Positions 1 through 9,872 of a stretch of DNA of 64,000 nucleotides are shown piece by piece. A program made the translations under genes and the position numbers. Positions within the stretch are counted from its first letter, which is position 1, and each line of letters opens with the position of its first letter. The stretch is taken from assembly GCA_963737905.1 (NCBI GenBank), contig CAVTUQ010000012.1, forward strand, positions 64,001 through 128,000. The letters are read 5' to 3'. This DNA comes from an uncultured delta proteobacterium. GTDB taxonomy: Bacteria > Desulfobacterota > Binatia > UBA9968. Under the pieces are notes generated by a model. That model had not been told where the DNA came from. It did not search any database and saw nothing but the letters and a program-made list of their open reading frames with translations.

Positions 1-1422
1 GTCGGGGTGGGTGCCGGTAAAAAAATGGAGCGCGGGGATCTTCTTATTATAAAAAGACATCTGATCGCTGCGCCCAATATTATCGGACTCGATGACCTGA
101 AGTCCGAGGCGCTGAGCTTCTTCAAGCACAATGGTGCTGAGCTCTTTCGCTGAACGAGTGCCAAAGACCGTTAACCGGTTGTCACGCAAGCGCCCGACCA
201 TGTCGAGGTTAAGCATTGCCTTGGTGGACGAAAGCGATAGGGGCGGATAATTGACGTACTGTCTGGATCCGTAGAGTCCTAACTCTTCGCCGCTAAACGC
301 AGCGAAAACGATGGTCCTTGCCGGTTTAGGTTGCGAGCGGCTCAGCTGCTCTGCCAACTGCAATAAGACCGCTGTCCCCGACGCGTTGTCGTCCGCCCCG
401 TGGTGGATCTGGCCCTCCGTGCTGGAGTCTCGCGTGCCGTAGTGGCCGAGTCCCACGTGATCGTAGTGGGCGCCGATCACGATATTTTGGTCTTTCAATG
501 CCGGGTCCGAGCCCGGCAGAACGCCGACGACGTTCTCGGTTCGCTGCCGAATTTCCTCCAAACTCACTTGCAAGCTGACGCGAGCGGCTGGCAGATATTG
601 CGACGCTGGTCTTTCCTCCCGGTCAATTTTTTCTTTCAGTGGCTTGAGGGAGACAGCCTGTGCATCGAGCCATTTTTCAATGACGGCGCGCTTTACTTGC
701 GCTGCGATTGGGCTATTACCGCTTCGCCACAGGCTGCTCCTCGTCGATAGGAGCTCTTTTTGTTCGTCTCCAGAGTGATTGAGATCTACCAGGATCATGC
801 CCAGGGCGCCGTGGTTACGAGCATTGTCCGCCTTGGCGCGTAGCGTAGCGTGATTTGAATAGCGGGGGGCTTTTTGAAAAGGGCTTTTCTCGTCCTTTGG
901 CGGTGGCTCGTAGCGCAGGAGGATCACGATCTTGCCTTTGGCATCGATTCCCGCATAGTCGTCGTAGCCATATTCTTTGGCGGTAATGCCATAGCCTGCG
1001 AAGACAACGTCAGCTTCGACCTTGCCCGACCCGGAAAAACCCAGCGGGGTCCAGTCTTCGTTCAATCTTAAGAGCGGTTCCTCTCCAAGCGCCATCATTG
1101 TTGGCTGCTTCACGGCCACTCCGGTGGCTACATCGAAACCTTGCAAGTAGCTCCCGTCGTCCCCTCCGGGACGCAGCCCATACTTGGCGAACTCTCGAGC
1201 GACGTAGTCTCTGGCGAGTCTGATGCCTGGGGTATCGACACCGCGTCCAGTAAGCTCTTCCGAGGCCAGGTATCGTACGTGATCTCTGAGCACGTCGATA
1301 CGAGGCTTTGATAATGAAGGGATTTCAAAGGTCCAAGCAGAGAAGGCAACGAGGACCGCAAAGGCAAGTATACTAGCAGCTGCTCGGGCGCGTGTGAAAT
1401 CGCGAAGCAATGAGTTCGGCAT
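1..1422 (-). CDS. M28-family metallopeptidase (aminopeptidase-like, with signal peptide); 3' end runs off the window
   Basis: Not in the ORF track. Manual translation of sampled stretches in one frame from ATG 1422 gives MPNSLLRDF...LRDHVRYLASEELTGRG and NIVIGAHYDHVGLG...HGADDNASGTA, the M28 zinc-binding motifs. Confidence 0.9.
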   Translation of the reverse strand, partial: MPNSLLRDFTRARAAASILAFAVLVAFSAWTFEIPSLSKPRIDVLRDHVRYLASEELTGRGVDTPGIRLARDYVAREFAKYGLRPGGDDGSYLQGFDVATGVAVKQPTMMALGEEPLLRLNEDWTPLGFSGSGKVEADVVFAGYGITAKEYGYDDYAGIDAKGKIVILLRYEPPPKDEKSPFQKAPRYSNHATLRAKADNARNHGALGMILVDLNHSGDEQKELLSTRSSLWRSGNSPIAAQVKRAVIEKWLDAQAVSLKPLKEKIDREERPASQYLPAARVSLQVSLEEIRQRTENVVGVLPGSDPALKDQNIVIGAHYDHVGLGHYGTRDSSTEGQIHHGADDNASGTAVLLQLAEQLSRSQPKPARTIVFAAFSGEELGLYGSRQYVNYPPLSLSSTKAMLNLDMVGRLRDNRLTVFGTRSAKELSTIVLEEAQRLGLQVIESDNIGRSDQMSFYNKKIPALHFFTGTHPD

Positions 1423-1577
1423 GATGGTTCTTCGGCCGGACGCCGTCGAGGATGAACCTTAGATTAACAGACGAACTAGAATATTGGAAGGAGGTTTCCA
1501 CGGCTAGGAAAAGTTCGCTATTGTATCGAGACATGTTAATATTGGAGCGCAATTCCAGCTCGGAGGTAAAGTATAGC

Positions 1578-1811
1578 ATGGCGAAAATCGTGATCGTTTA
1601 TAGTCAGCCCGGGTGAGGCCCGTGTGACAAGGAGAAAGAGTTTCTTTCTCAAAAGGGAATCGATTTTATTCACAAGAATGTCCGCGCCGACCCGGCGGCA
1701 CTGAAAGAATTGCTGGCGATGGGTTACCAAAGTACGCCCGTGACTATCATCGACGGCGAGGCGGTTGTTGGATTCGATCGGCAGAAAATCGACGAGCTAT
1801 TGGGTCTATAG
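1578..1811 (+). CDS. Glutaredoxin/NrdH-like redoxin, probable selenoprotein (U13-G-P-C16)
   Basis: SD GGAGGT at 1562-1567 and ATG 1578. Reads MAKIVIVYSQPG*GPCDKEKEFLSQKGIDF...YQSTPVTIIDGEAVVGFDRQKIDELLGL, with in-frame TGA 1614-1616 at the first Cys position of CxxC. Glutaredoxin cis-Pro (TP) and GFD motifs lie downstream; TAG at 1809-1811. Confidence 0.9.
1632..1650 (+). promoter_or_regulatory. Putative bacterial SECIS hairpin
   Basis: GAGAAAGA-GTT-TCTTTCTC is a perfect 8-bp stem. The loop begins with G, 23 nt after the UGA. Confidence 0.75.
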
Positions 1812-1863
1812 AAACCGGAAGCCAACGGCACGGTTGCTATCTTTGTTTGTATCAATCTTGCTT

Positions 1864-2547
1864 CTAGCTTGACGAGCCGAGCATTTTTCCGCTGACTCCT
1901 TTTGACTCGTCGGAAGCGAGGTAGACAAAAATCTCCGTCACCGATTCGGGTTTGCTGCCGCTGTAGCCGGTGAGTTTGGTAGCGACATAGCCGGGTTCAA
2001 CCGTGTTGGCCCGGATGTTGTAGGACCTCACCTCAGCGGCCAGTGTTTGGGTGAAGCCCTCCAGGCCCCACTTGGAAGTCGCGTACGCGATGAAGTTGGC
2101 ATAGGCGCTGCGACCGATCGACGAGGAGACGTTGATGATCGAGCCGCTTTTTTGCTTGATCATCTGGGGCAGCACGGCTTGGGTTACCAAGAAAGGCCCG
2201 CGCAAGTTGACGGCCATCGTGTAGTCCCACTTTTTCACCTCGAGTTCGGTTATCGGCACAGGACGGGTCATGACGCCGGCGTTGTTGACCAGCACATCGA
2301 TTTGGCCAAACGCTCTTTGGACCCTGGACACCAGCTCCTTGACCGGCTCTTCTAAAGAAACGTCGCAAGGCCATCCCTCGCATCCCGCCCCCAGTCCGCG
2401 GATCTCCCGAACGGTCTGATCGATCTCAGAGGCTGTTCGCGCGCAAAGCGCCAGCCTGGCCCCTTCCCGCGCGTAGGCTATAGCGACGGCTCTACCGATG
2501 CCTCGCCCTCCTCCGGTAATGAGAGCCACTTTGTTTTTCAGTTTCAT
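1864..2547 (-). CDS. SDR-family NAD(P)-dependent oxidoreductase
   Basis: TGGGRGIG, NNAG and YATSK (YxxxK) motifs. Confidence 0.93.
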   Translation of the reverse strand: MKLKNKVALITGGGRGIGRAVAIAYAREGARLALCARTASEIDQTVREIRGLGAGCEGWPCDVSLEEPVKELVSRVQRAFGQIDVLVNNAGVMTRPVPITELEVKKWDYTMAVNLRGPFLVTQAVLPQMIKQKSGSIINVSSSIGRSAYANFIAYATSKWGLEGFTQTLAAEVRSYNIRANTVEPGYVATKLTGYSGSKPESVTEIFVYLASDESKGVSGKMLGSSS

Positions 2548-2671
2548 TCCGTCTTCCTCGTTCGGTGTTTTAGATTGTTACATAGTTTTCCCGGTTTGAC
2601 CAAATGTTCCGGATTACAAGGGATTGCTCAGGCGGTCCAAAAGTAATAGAAGCGGAGCAGGAGAAAAATTT

Positions 2672-3547
2672 ATGGACATGCTGAACGTAACCGGCTATCA
2701 GCGCCGGCCACCCCTTCTTGTGGCAGAAGAGAAGGGATTTTTCGCGAAGGAAGGACTGGAAGTAAACTTTCATCAAACCACTTACGCGCCCGATCACAAC
2801 CGCGGCATGGCCGAGGGGCGGTGGGATATGACCCTCAGCAGCGCGGATACGATGATAGCGCGTACCACCACAGACGGCGTCGATTACCTTCTGTTCATGC
2901 AGGCAGAGGAGGGGTTGAGCGCCTACTTGATCGGGCAGGCTGGAGTGGGCTCCATCGAGCAATTGCGTGGAAAGCTTTTAGCAGGGGATCCGGGAGATTC
3001 CAATCTCGATCTTATCCGCAAAAAAATTCTGCGAAATCACGGCATGGACGATACCGAATACGACATTGATATCATCGGCAGCTCGCCCAAACGCCTGGAA
3101 GCTTTTCTCCAGGGGCGCGTGGCCGCGGCGATGTTGACCCCACCGGCATCCGATAAGGCCATGGCTGCCGGTGGAGTTCTGCTGGCCAATTCGGAGGAGT
3201 ATGTGCCGAACTGGCCGCTCACCTGCGGATGGACGCTGCGGCGCTGGCTCGTTTCCCATCGCGAGCTCGCTGTCAGATTCATTCGCTCCTGGGTTGAGGC
3301 GACGGATTGGTTACTGAAGGCAGAAAATCGTGGGCCGACCTTGCAACTGATAATGGAAAAGGAAAACCTCAATCGGGCATCGGCAGAAGAGGCTTATCGA
3401 AAAGTCGTCCCCAAGGCGCGCATCAATCCCGCGGCCTTGCAGACGGTGATCGAGTTGAGAAAAGAAATGGGGGTCTACAAACCGCCCTATGATCCGCCGC
3501 AGCGGTTTTACGATGCCAGTTACTGGAGCGAGGCAACGGGGCTCTAG
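2672..3547 (+). CDS. ABC substrate-binding protein-like (NitT/TauT/SsuA/NMT1 fold), no obvious signal peptide
   Basis: VAEEKGFFAKEGLEV, EQLRGK and G(R)VAAAMLTPP motifs. GGAG upstream of ATG 2672. Confidence 0.8.
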   Translation: MDMLNVTGYQRRPPLLVAEEKGFFAKEGLEVNFHQTTYAPDHNRGMAEGRWDMTLSSADTMIARTTTDGVDYLLFMQAEEGLSAYLIGQAGVGSIEQLRGKLLAGDPGDSNLDLIRKKILRNHGMDDTEYDIDIIGSSPKRLEAFLQGRVAAAMLTPPASDKAMAAGGVLLANSEEYVPNWPLTCGWTLRRWLVSHRELAVRFIRSWVEATDWLLKAENRGPTLQLIMEKENLNRASAEEAYRKVVPKARINPAALQTVIELRKEMGVYKPPYDPPQRFYDASYWSEATGL

Positions 3548-3554
3548 ATGCCGG

Positions 3555-3633
3555 GGTTCAAGGTTCAATGTTCCAGGTTCAACGTTTTTAATTCGTTTCG
3601 GGCCTTGAACTTTGAACCTTGAACTCTTGAACC
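3555..3633. repeat. Heptamer inverted tandem repeat (GGTTCAA)x4 ... (TTGAACY)x4
   Basis: Read directly from the sequence; lies between convergent genes. Confidence 0.85.
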
Positions 3634-3649
3634 GCGTCTGCGGAGCCCG

Positions 3650-3988
3650 CTAGGCGATGAGCGAGCGTAGGATCATACTCACAAGGCTCAGCACGATTGC
3701 GCCAAAGAAGGCGGACCAAAAGCCGGAAACATAAAAGCCCGGAACAAGAACCGAGGCCAACTGCAGCATGAGGGCGTTGATCACAAACCAGAACAGCCCC
3801 AGGGTCAATAGCGTCAGGGGAAAGGTAATGAGTTTAAGTACTAACCCGATGGTGGCGTTGATCAGACCAATGACGATGGGCGCAATGAGTGCCGTACCCA
3901 ATCCACGCACCTCGATGCCAGGGAAGATATAGGCAACGATCAGTAGACTGGCGGTACTTATCAACCAATGGAGCAGCAGGCCGCCCAT
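3650..3988 (-). CDS. Phage-holin-family/YvlD (DUF360) 4-TM membrane protein
   Basis: LITFPLTLLTLGLFWFVINALML and GFWSAFFGAIVLS signatures. Confidence 0.88.
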   Translation of the reverse strand: MGGLLLHWLISTASLLIVAYIFPGIEVRGLGTALIAPIVIGLINATIGLVLKLITFPLTLLTLGLFWFVINALMLQLASVLVPGFYVSGFWSAFFGAIVLSLVSMILRSLIA

Positions 3989-4111
3989 AATCGTTTCTCA
4001 TAACAAACTACCCGCCGATGCACAATCAAAAAGGCTTGGAAACGCTTGCGACGCGTCGCTCGGAATGGAAAAATAAGGGCGTCCTACTTCTTAAAAGGAG
4101 GAATCGAAATC

Positions 4112-5131
4112 ATGTCCAAACAAGAACTTGAAACCGTTGCTCAGTCGATGGTGGCAAAGGGAAAAGGAATTCTCGCGGCCGACGAGAGCATGGGCACCAT
4201 CAAAAGACGCTTCGATAGCATCAAAATCGAATCCAACGACCACAATCGCCGGGCCTACCGCGATTTGCTTTTTACGGCAAAGGGCATCGACGAGGCCATC
4301 AGCGGCGTGATTCTTTTCGACGAAACCATCCGAACCGCGGCCCTGGACGGAACGCCGTTTCCCCAGCTTCTCTCACGGAAAGGCATTATGCCCGGTATCA
4401 AAGTCGACAAAGGGCCGGTGGACATTCCGGGCTTTCCCGGCGAAGTCGTTACCGAAGGACTCGACGGGCTTCGGGCACGGGTTAAGGAGTATAAAGAACT
4501 GGGTGCCAAGTTTGCCAAATGGCGCGCGGTCATCACCATCGGCGACGGCATTCCGACACATACGTGCCTCAAAGCCAATGCTCATGCTCTGGCGCGGTAC
4601 GCAGCGCTTTGCCAGGAGGGCGGCATAGTGCCCATCGTCGAACCCGAAGTATTGCTGGATGGTTCTCACACCATCGAACGCTGTGAAGAGGTCACCGAAG
4701 CAACTTTAAAAGTTACGTTTGCAGAACTTTTCGAGCAGCGCATTCATCTCGAGGGTATGATTCTTAAGCCCAGCATGGTGGTGTCGGGAAAGGATAATCC
4801 CAGACAGGCGGGAGTCGAAGAAGTCGCCGACCGCACTATCCAGTGCTTGAAGCGGACGGTTCCCGCAGCGGTGCCAGGGATTGCGTTTCTGTCGGGAGGA
4901 CAGAGTGCAGAAAGCGCGACCGAGCATCTCAATGCGATGAACGCGATGGGACCCCATCCGTGGCAAGTGAGCTTCTCCTACGCGCGTGCCTTACAGGATC
5001 CGGCATTGAAAGCGTGGAAAGGCGATCCGGCCAATGTCTCGGCAGCTCAGAAAATTTTCTATCACCGCGCGAAATGCAATAGCGCCGCCCGCAGCGGTTC
5101 GTATAACAAGCAGATGGAAGCCGCGGCCTAG
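4112..5131 (+). CDS. Class I fructose-bisphosphate aldolase
   Basis: GILAADES, AKWR, PIVEPEV, LKPSMV (Schiff-base Lys), FLSGGQS and SFSYARALQ motifs. SD AGGAGG before ATG 4112. Confidence 0.96.
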   Translation: MSKQELETVAQSMVAKGKGILAADESMGTIKRRFDSIKIESNDHNRRAYRDLLFTAKGIDEAISGVILFDETIRTAALDGTPFPQLLSRKGIMPGIKVDKGPVDIPGFPGEVVTEGLDGLRARVKEYKELGAKFAKWRAVITIGDGIPTHTCLKANAHALARYAALCQEGGIVPIVEPEVLLDGSHTIERCEEVTEATLKVTFAELFEQRIHLEGMILKPSMVVSGKDNPRQAGVEEVADRTIQCLKRTVPAAVPGIAFLSGGQSAESATEHLNAMNAMGPHPWQVSFSYARALQDPALKAWKGDPANVSAAQKIFYHRAKCNSAARSGSYNKQMEAAA

Positions 5132-5161
5132 CTAAGCTAGGCGGACCTAAGAAAAGGTTCA

Positions 5162-5551
5162 TTGGTCAAACACAGCGGCGGATGTCATTGCGGCCGGGTC
5201 CGGTTCGAGGTTGAAGCCGAGGCTGAGATAGAAGCCGTCGAATGCAACTGCTCGATCTGCACCAAGAGCGGTTTTCTTCATCTGATCGTGCCAAGATCGC
5301 GATTCACTCTCGTTCAGGGTTCGGAGTCGCTTTCAACCTACACATTCAACACCGGCGTCGCGAAGCATCTGTTTTGCAAAATGTGCGGGATCAAATCCTT
5401 CTATATTCCTCGATCTCATCCCGACGGTTACAGTGTCAATGTGCGCTGCCTGGAGCCGGCGACAATCAGAAAAATTACAGTCATACCCTTTGACGGCAAG
5501 AATTGGGAGGAGCATGCGGTCGAGCTTGGCCCTCTGCCCACCAAGAGCTGA
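5162..5551 (+). CDS. GFA (glutathione-dependent formaldehyde-activating/CENP-V) family Zn protein
   Basis: GGCHCG, CNCSIC and FCKMCG motifs. Confidence 0.92.
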   Translation: MVKHSGGCHCGRVRFEVEAEAEIEAVECNCSICTKSGFLHLIVPRSRFTLVQGSESLSTYTFNTGVAKHLFCKMCGIKSFYIPRSHPDGYSVNVRCLEPATIRKITVIPFDGKNWEEHAVELGPLPTKS

Positions 5552-5622
5552 GTGAAAATTTGGGAACTTGAATCGTTTATGTATTAAGCTGCGGATTGTT
5601 CTATAAAGCGGGAGCGAACACC

Positions 5623-5832
5623 ATGGACATCGAAGGTGCGGGTTTTATCATCGGCTTGATCGGCGCGATCTGGATGAAGTGCTCGATGAACTCGATTAGA
5701 GGATACCAAGAACAGCCGGAACTGAAAATGATCGGTCGCGAAGCGGAAAACCCTGCGCTTAGGGCGTTTATACGAGGTCTCTCATTGGTGCTCGCCGGGC
5801 TTGGGATCGAGACCTATGCCCGCCTCTTTTGA
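5623..5832 (+). CDS. Small 2-TM hypothetical protein
   Basis: GGAG then ATG 5623; two hydrophobic segments. Confidence 0.5.
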   Translation: MDIEGAGFIIGLIGAIWMKCSMNSIRGYQEQPELKMIGREAENPALRAFIRGLSLVLAGLGIETYARLF

Positions 5833-5874
5833 ATTGGCTAAAGTCGTCATCGCTCGCTCCAGTCGGTCTCTTTG

Positions 5875-5904
5875 TTGACACTATGTCCGGTTATTTCGTA
5901 TGTT
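5875..5904 (+). promoter_or_regulatory. Putative sigma70 promoter for the amidohydrolase/Rieske genes
   Basis: TTGACA-18 nt-TATGTT. Confidence 0.45.
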
Positions 5905-5952
5905 GCGCGAAACGGTAGCCATGCAAGCGGATGAAGCAGGACTCGGAGATTG

Positions 5953-6041
5953 CACCGCGGAGGACGCGGAGGACGCGGAGGTAAAGAGTTCGTGATTAAA
6001 AAATTCTCCGATCTCTGCGAACTCTGTGCCTCTGCGGTGAA
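5953..6041. repeat. 9-nt-period inverted tandem repeat (GACGCGGAG)n ... (CTCTGCGNN)n
   Basis: The two arms are complementary. 6011-6041 is identical to 36335-36365. Confidence 0.85.
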
Positions 6042-6090
6042 TAGTTCTTCACAGAAACCCGGAACAACCTAAAATTGAGGAGGATCAAAA

Positions 6091-7788
6091 ATGGACTATG
6101 ATCTGTTAGTGCGCCGTGGTCGTGTTGTCGATGGCTCCGGGCTGCCATCCTTTATAGCCGATGTGGGAGTCAAGGATGGCAAGATCACCGGAGTCGGAAA
6201 ACTCAAGGGAACGGCCGCTCGCACTATTGACGCTGATGGGTTGGCGGTCTCTCCGGGATTTATCGATCACCACACCCACTTGGACGCCCAGATGCTTTGG
6301 GATCCGTACGGCACTTGCGAGCCGCAGCACGGCATAACCACAGTCGTCATGGGCAATTGCGGGTTGACTCTGGCACCGGTGAAAAACGGCGATGAAGACG
6401 CGCTGGTCAAGAGCTTCGTACGCGTCGAAGCGATCCCCCGTTTCGCCCTGGAGCAGGGAGTCAAATGGGGCTGGCACAGCTATGGCGAATATCTGGATAA
6501 TTTGGAGGGCAAAGTCGGCATTAACGTCGGCGGGCTGGTCGGCCATATCGCCGTTCGCCACAACGTGATGGGTGAAGAGGCGGTGGAGCGTAAGGCGACT
6601 GGAAAAGAAGTCCAGCAGATGCGCGGTCTCGTCCTGGAAGCCATGGAAGGGGGCGCTTTGGGAATCTCCACGAATCGCAACGAACGCCATATGCGCGAAG
6701 ACGGCAAGCCGGTGGCCAGCCGACTAGCCGACGATGAAGAGCTTTTCGCCCTCTGCGACGTGTTGGCGGAGCGCAACGGCGGAGTGATCGAGACCATCCT
6801 GGGACGCAACAAGATCGAGCATTTTGAATTCTACCGGACCCTCGCGGAGCGCACCCAGAGGCCGATTCTCTGGCAGAGCCTGCAACATCGCTGGGTCGAG
6901 CCCAATCTCTGGCGCGAGCAGCTTGCGGCCGTGGAACCGATTTTCCGCGATGGCTATCAGGCCTATGGGTTATCCCATACCGTGCCGCTGGTCCGGCACT
7001 TCGAGCTCAAGAATTGCCAGGTTTTCGACGAATTCCCGACCTGGAAGAATTTGATGTTCCTCCCGGTGGAAGTGCGCAAGCAGGCATTCGCCGATCCCGT
7101 AACCCGGCAGAAGCTGAGGGCGGACCTGGCGGACCCGCGCCCGACGAATTTCCATCGCCGCTGGGACATTGTTCGTGTGGAAAAGGTCGTGAAACCAGAG
7201 AATCAAAAATACAACGGCAAAAACATCGCTGAGTTGGCGGCGATGCGCAACCAAGATCCATTGGATGCTTTCTTGGATCTCTCGCTGGAAGAAGATCTAG
7301 GGACGGTCTTTTGGAATGCCAATAATGGCGGTGACAGCGCCGCCATGGGCGAGATTCTCCGCAGCCCCTACGTTCTCGTTGGAACTTCCGACGCGGGCGC
7401 GCACGTCCAATTTGGCGCTGATTTCGGATACGGCACGATCCTCTTGGGCCTTTGGGTGCGCGAGCGGCAAGTGATGACTTTGGAGCAAGCTATTCACAAA
7501 CTTACCTTCCACGTCGCGTCGATTTTCGGGTTACAGGATCGAGGGCTGCTGCGTCCGGGCTACGCCGCCGATCTGGCGATCTTCAATCCGAAGACCGTGA
7601 ATTCTCATGAACCTGAATGGGCCAACGACTATCCGGCGGGAAGCCAGCGGCTGGTCCAGCGTTCTGAAGGCATGCACTACACGATTGTCAACGGCACAGT
7701 GATACATGAAGATAGCCGGATGAGTGGCGAGTTGCCAGGACAAGTGCTTCGCGGTCCGCTTTATCGGGAACATAAGGCGGCGGCTTGA
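6091..7788 (+). CDS. N-acyl-D-amino-acid deacylase-like amidohydrolase
   Basis: VVDGSG, PGFIDHHTHLD, GITTVVMGNCG, SDAGAH and RGLLRPGYAADL motifs. Confidence 0.92.
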   Translation: MDYDLLVRRGRVVDGSGLPSFIADVGVKDGKITGVGKLKGTAARTIDADGLAVSPGFIDHHTHLDAQMLWDPYGTCEPQHGITTVVMGNCGLTLAPVKNGDEDALVKSFVRVEAIPRFALEQGVKWGWHSYGEYLDNLEGKVGINVGGLVGHIAVRHNVMGEEAVERKATGKEVQQMRGLVLEAMEGGALGISTNRNERHMREDGKPVASRLADDEELFALCDVLAERNGGVIETILGRNKIEHFEFYRTLAERTQRPILWQSLQHRWVEPNLWREQLAAVEPIFRDGYQAYGLSHTVPLVRHFELKNCQVFDEFPTWKNLMFLPVEVRKQAFADPVTRQKLRADLADPRPTNFHRRWDIVRVEKVVKPENQKYNGKNIAELAAMRNQDPLDAFLDLSLEEDLGTVFWNANNGGDSAAMGEILRSPYVLVGTSDAGAHVQFGADFGYGTILLGLWVRERQVMTLEQAIHKLTFHVASIFGLQDRGLLRPGYAADLAIFNPKTVNSHEPEWANDYPAGSQRLVQRSEGMHYTIVNGTVIHEDSRMSGELPGQVLRGPLYREHKAAA

Positions 7789-7790
7789 CG

Positions 7791-8108
7791 ATGGGAGTGA
7801 CTTACATTCCGGTGGCTCGGGTGGGTGAGCTGGTGGCGGGTGCGATGAAGGAAGTCGATCTCGGCGGGCGCCAAGTTTTGCTGGCGTTCGTCGAGGGGAA
7901 GTATTTTGCCTTCTCGAGGCAGTGTCCCCACGAAGAGGCCGATCTCAAGACCGGTACACTTGCAGGCGGCAAGGTTCGCTGCACCAATCACAATTATTGC
8001 TTCGATCTCCGGACCGGCGAGTGTGTTTTACCCCAAGGAGGCCCGGCTTTGACCGTTTTGCCAACCGAGGAGCGGGGCGACGAGGTCTGCATCCGGCTGG
8101 AGTGGTAG
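7791..8108 (+). CDS. Rieske [2Fe-2S] ferredoxin
   Basis: CPH...CTNH followed by FDLRTG. Confidence 0.9.
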   Translation: MGVTYIPVARVGELVAGAMKEVDLGGRQVLLAFVEGKYFAFSRQCPHEEADLKTGTLAGGKVRCTNHNYCFDLRTGECVLPQGGPALTVLPTEERGDEVCIRLEW

Positions 8109-8436
8109 CACCCGCACAGTCACAAGATTCTCGATTCGACAGGAAGACAAGTTATAGAGTGTCTCCCCGTTGTCTTCTATTTCCTAACAGGCTCCTTTTC
8201 GCGTATCCGACGCGGACTAGGCCAGCTGACGCAGGTCTAGCCAAGATCTCCAATAAAGGGTAAATTTTAAGATCCGGCTCGGCGCGTTTGCGCTGAGTGC
8301 GGATTCTTGACACGCGCCGAACAACTCAAGTCCCTGGGAAAATTGCGTATAGTCGGGCGCGGGGGTTCGTATCGCTGCTGTGCTGACTTCATTGATATTA
8401 AACGGAATCGGCTTTCGTTGTATGACAAGGAATCTT

Positions 8437-9336
8437 ATGATCCAATCCCTACCCAGGCGAATTATCGGTCTTGTTTGTTCTTTAGTGCTGCCGGTCATAT
8501 TGTTTTTGGCCGCCGGTGTAACTCGCGCGCAAGACAAGAGCTTCCTGTGGCGAGTTCAGTTCGACAAAGGCAATATCTATATCTTGGGTTCCGTTCATTT
8601 TTTAAAGAAGGAGAACTACCCGCTGAACAAGACCATAGAAAAGGCTTTTGACAGTACCCGGAAGCTCGTGCTGGAGATCGACCTCAACAGCGAGGATGCA
8701 GGAGCGGTTCAACGCGTGACCCTCGAAAAAGGCGTTAGTCAGGACGGCAGGACATTGCAGCAGAATGTTTCTCCCGAGACTTACGGTCTCGCGGAAAAAC
8801 GGGCGCAAGAACTGGGTATCGATATCCGTGCGCTGAGCCCATTGAAGCCCTGGGTCGTAGCGTTAACCATGACCGCATTGCAACTGCGAAAGCTCGGTTT
8901 CGATCCCAATTACGGGATCGATCGTTACTTGGCCGGGCGCGCCATGAAATCCGGGAAAACAACGGTGGGACTGGAAACCGCCGCATTCCAAATTGGGCTC
9001 ATCGATCAGTTGTCCGAGAGAGACCAGGAATCGATGCTGCGCCAAAGCTTGAAAGAGATGGATCTACTGGATAAAGGACTGAACCAGATTGTTCGCGCCT
9101 GGTCCACGGGGGACGTCGCTTCGTTGGAAGCGTTGCTGCTAAGCGGCATGCGAGACTACCCGGCGGTTCATCAGACGATGATCGCGGATCGAAACCGGCG
9201 TTGGCTGCCTCAGATCGAGAAAATGATCGAGCAGGGTGACAGTACGTTAATCGCTGTGGGAGCGGCGCATCTCGTTGGCAAAGACGGCGTCATTGAATTA
9301 TTAAAGGCGCGAGGTTATACCGTGGAGCAGATGTGA
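8437..9336 (+). CDS. TraB/GumN family secreted protein
   Basis: Signal peptide, YILGSVH, GLET, DRNRRW and AVGAAHLVG motifs. Start codon uncertain (8380-8437). Confidence 0.9.
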   Translation: MIQSLPRRIIGLVCSLVLPVILFLAAGVTRAQDKSFLWRVQFDKGNIYILGSVHFLKKENYPLNKTIEKAFDSTRKLVLEIDLNSEDAGAVQRVTLEKGVSQDGRTLQQNVSPETYGLAEKRAQELGIDIRALSPLKPWVVALTMTALQLRKLGFDPNYGIDRYLAGRAMKSGKTTVGLETAAFQIGLIDQLSERDQESMLRQSLKEMDLLDKGLNQIVRAWSTGDVASLEALLLSGMRDYPAVHQTMIADRNRRWLPQIEKMIEQGDSTLIAVGAAHLVGKDGVIELLKARGYTVEQM

Positions 9337-9356
9337 TGCAGTCCGGAAAACCCTCC

Positions 9357-9848
9357 ATGAAACAAATTCGTGTTGCCGATTGGATGACCGAAACCGTTCT
9401 CGCCGTTGAAACCTTCGATAGTATTAGCATCGCTCGCCAACTCATGGCCAAACACCGCATCAACCAGCTGCCGGTTCTCGATAACGACGTGTTGGTTGGA
9501 ATAGTGACGGACCGTGATTTGCGCGACGCCTATCCGACGAGCATGATGATCGACCGTGGCAAAGAGATCGACCAATTTGCCGATTCCGTGACCGTCGAAG
9601 AAGTGATGAGTCACGATGTATTCACCGTACGTCCGGACACGCCGCTTAAAAAAGCCGTTGGTCTTTTACGGCGCCATCGGATCGGCTCCTTGCCCGTGGT
9701 CAAGAATAAAGACCTGGTGGGAATTATCACGAGGAGCGATATCCTGGACTTCGTGTTGAGCGGGCTGAGCGTGCGGACGCCCGCAGGTAGCAACAACCAG
9801 AAAGCCAAATCGGCCGGCCCGCGCATAAAAGGCAAACCCAGGGACTAG
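9357..9848 (+). CDS. CBS-domain-pair protein (AcuB-like)
   Basis: Two CBS repeats: LPVLD...GIVTDRDL and LPVV...GIITRSDI. Confidence 0.9.
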   Translation: MKQIRVADWMTETVLAVETFDSISIARQLMAKHRINQLPVLDNDVLVGIVTDRDLRDAYPTSMMIDRGKEIDQFADSVTVEEVMSHDVFTVRPDTPLKKAVGLLRRHRIGSLPVVKNKDLVGIITRSDILDFVLSGLSVRTPAGSNNQKAKSAGPRIKGKPRD

Positions 9849-9872
9849 TTTTCAATATCTGGAAAATTAGTC

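Noticed and set aside
400-1579. ORF-track entries 400-750, 874-1071, 1128-1367 and 1373-1579
   Set aside because: They are shadows of the minus-strand M28 peptidase. Most other short overlapping ORFs in the track are similar antisense or out-of-frame shadows.
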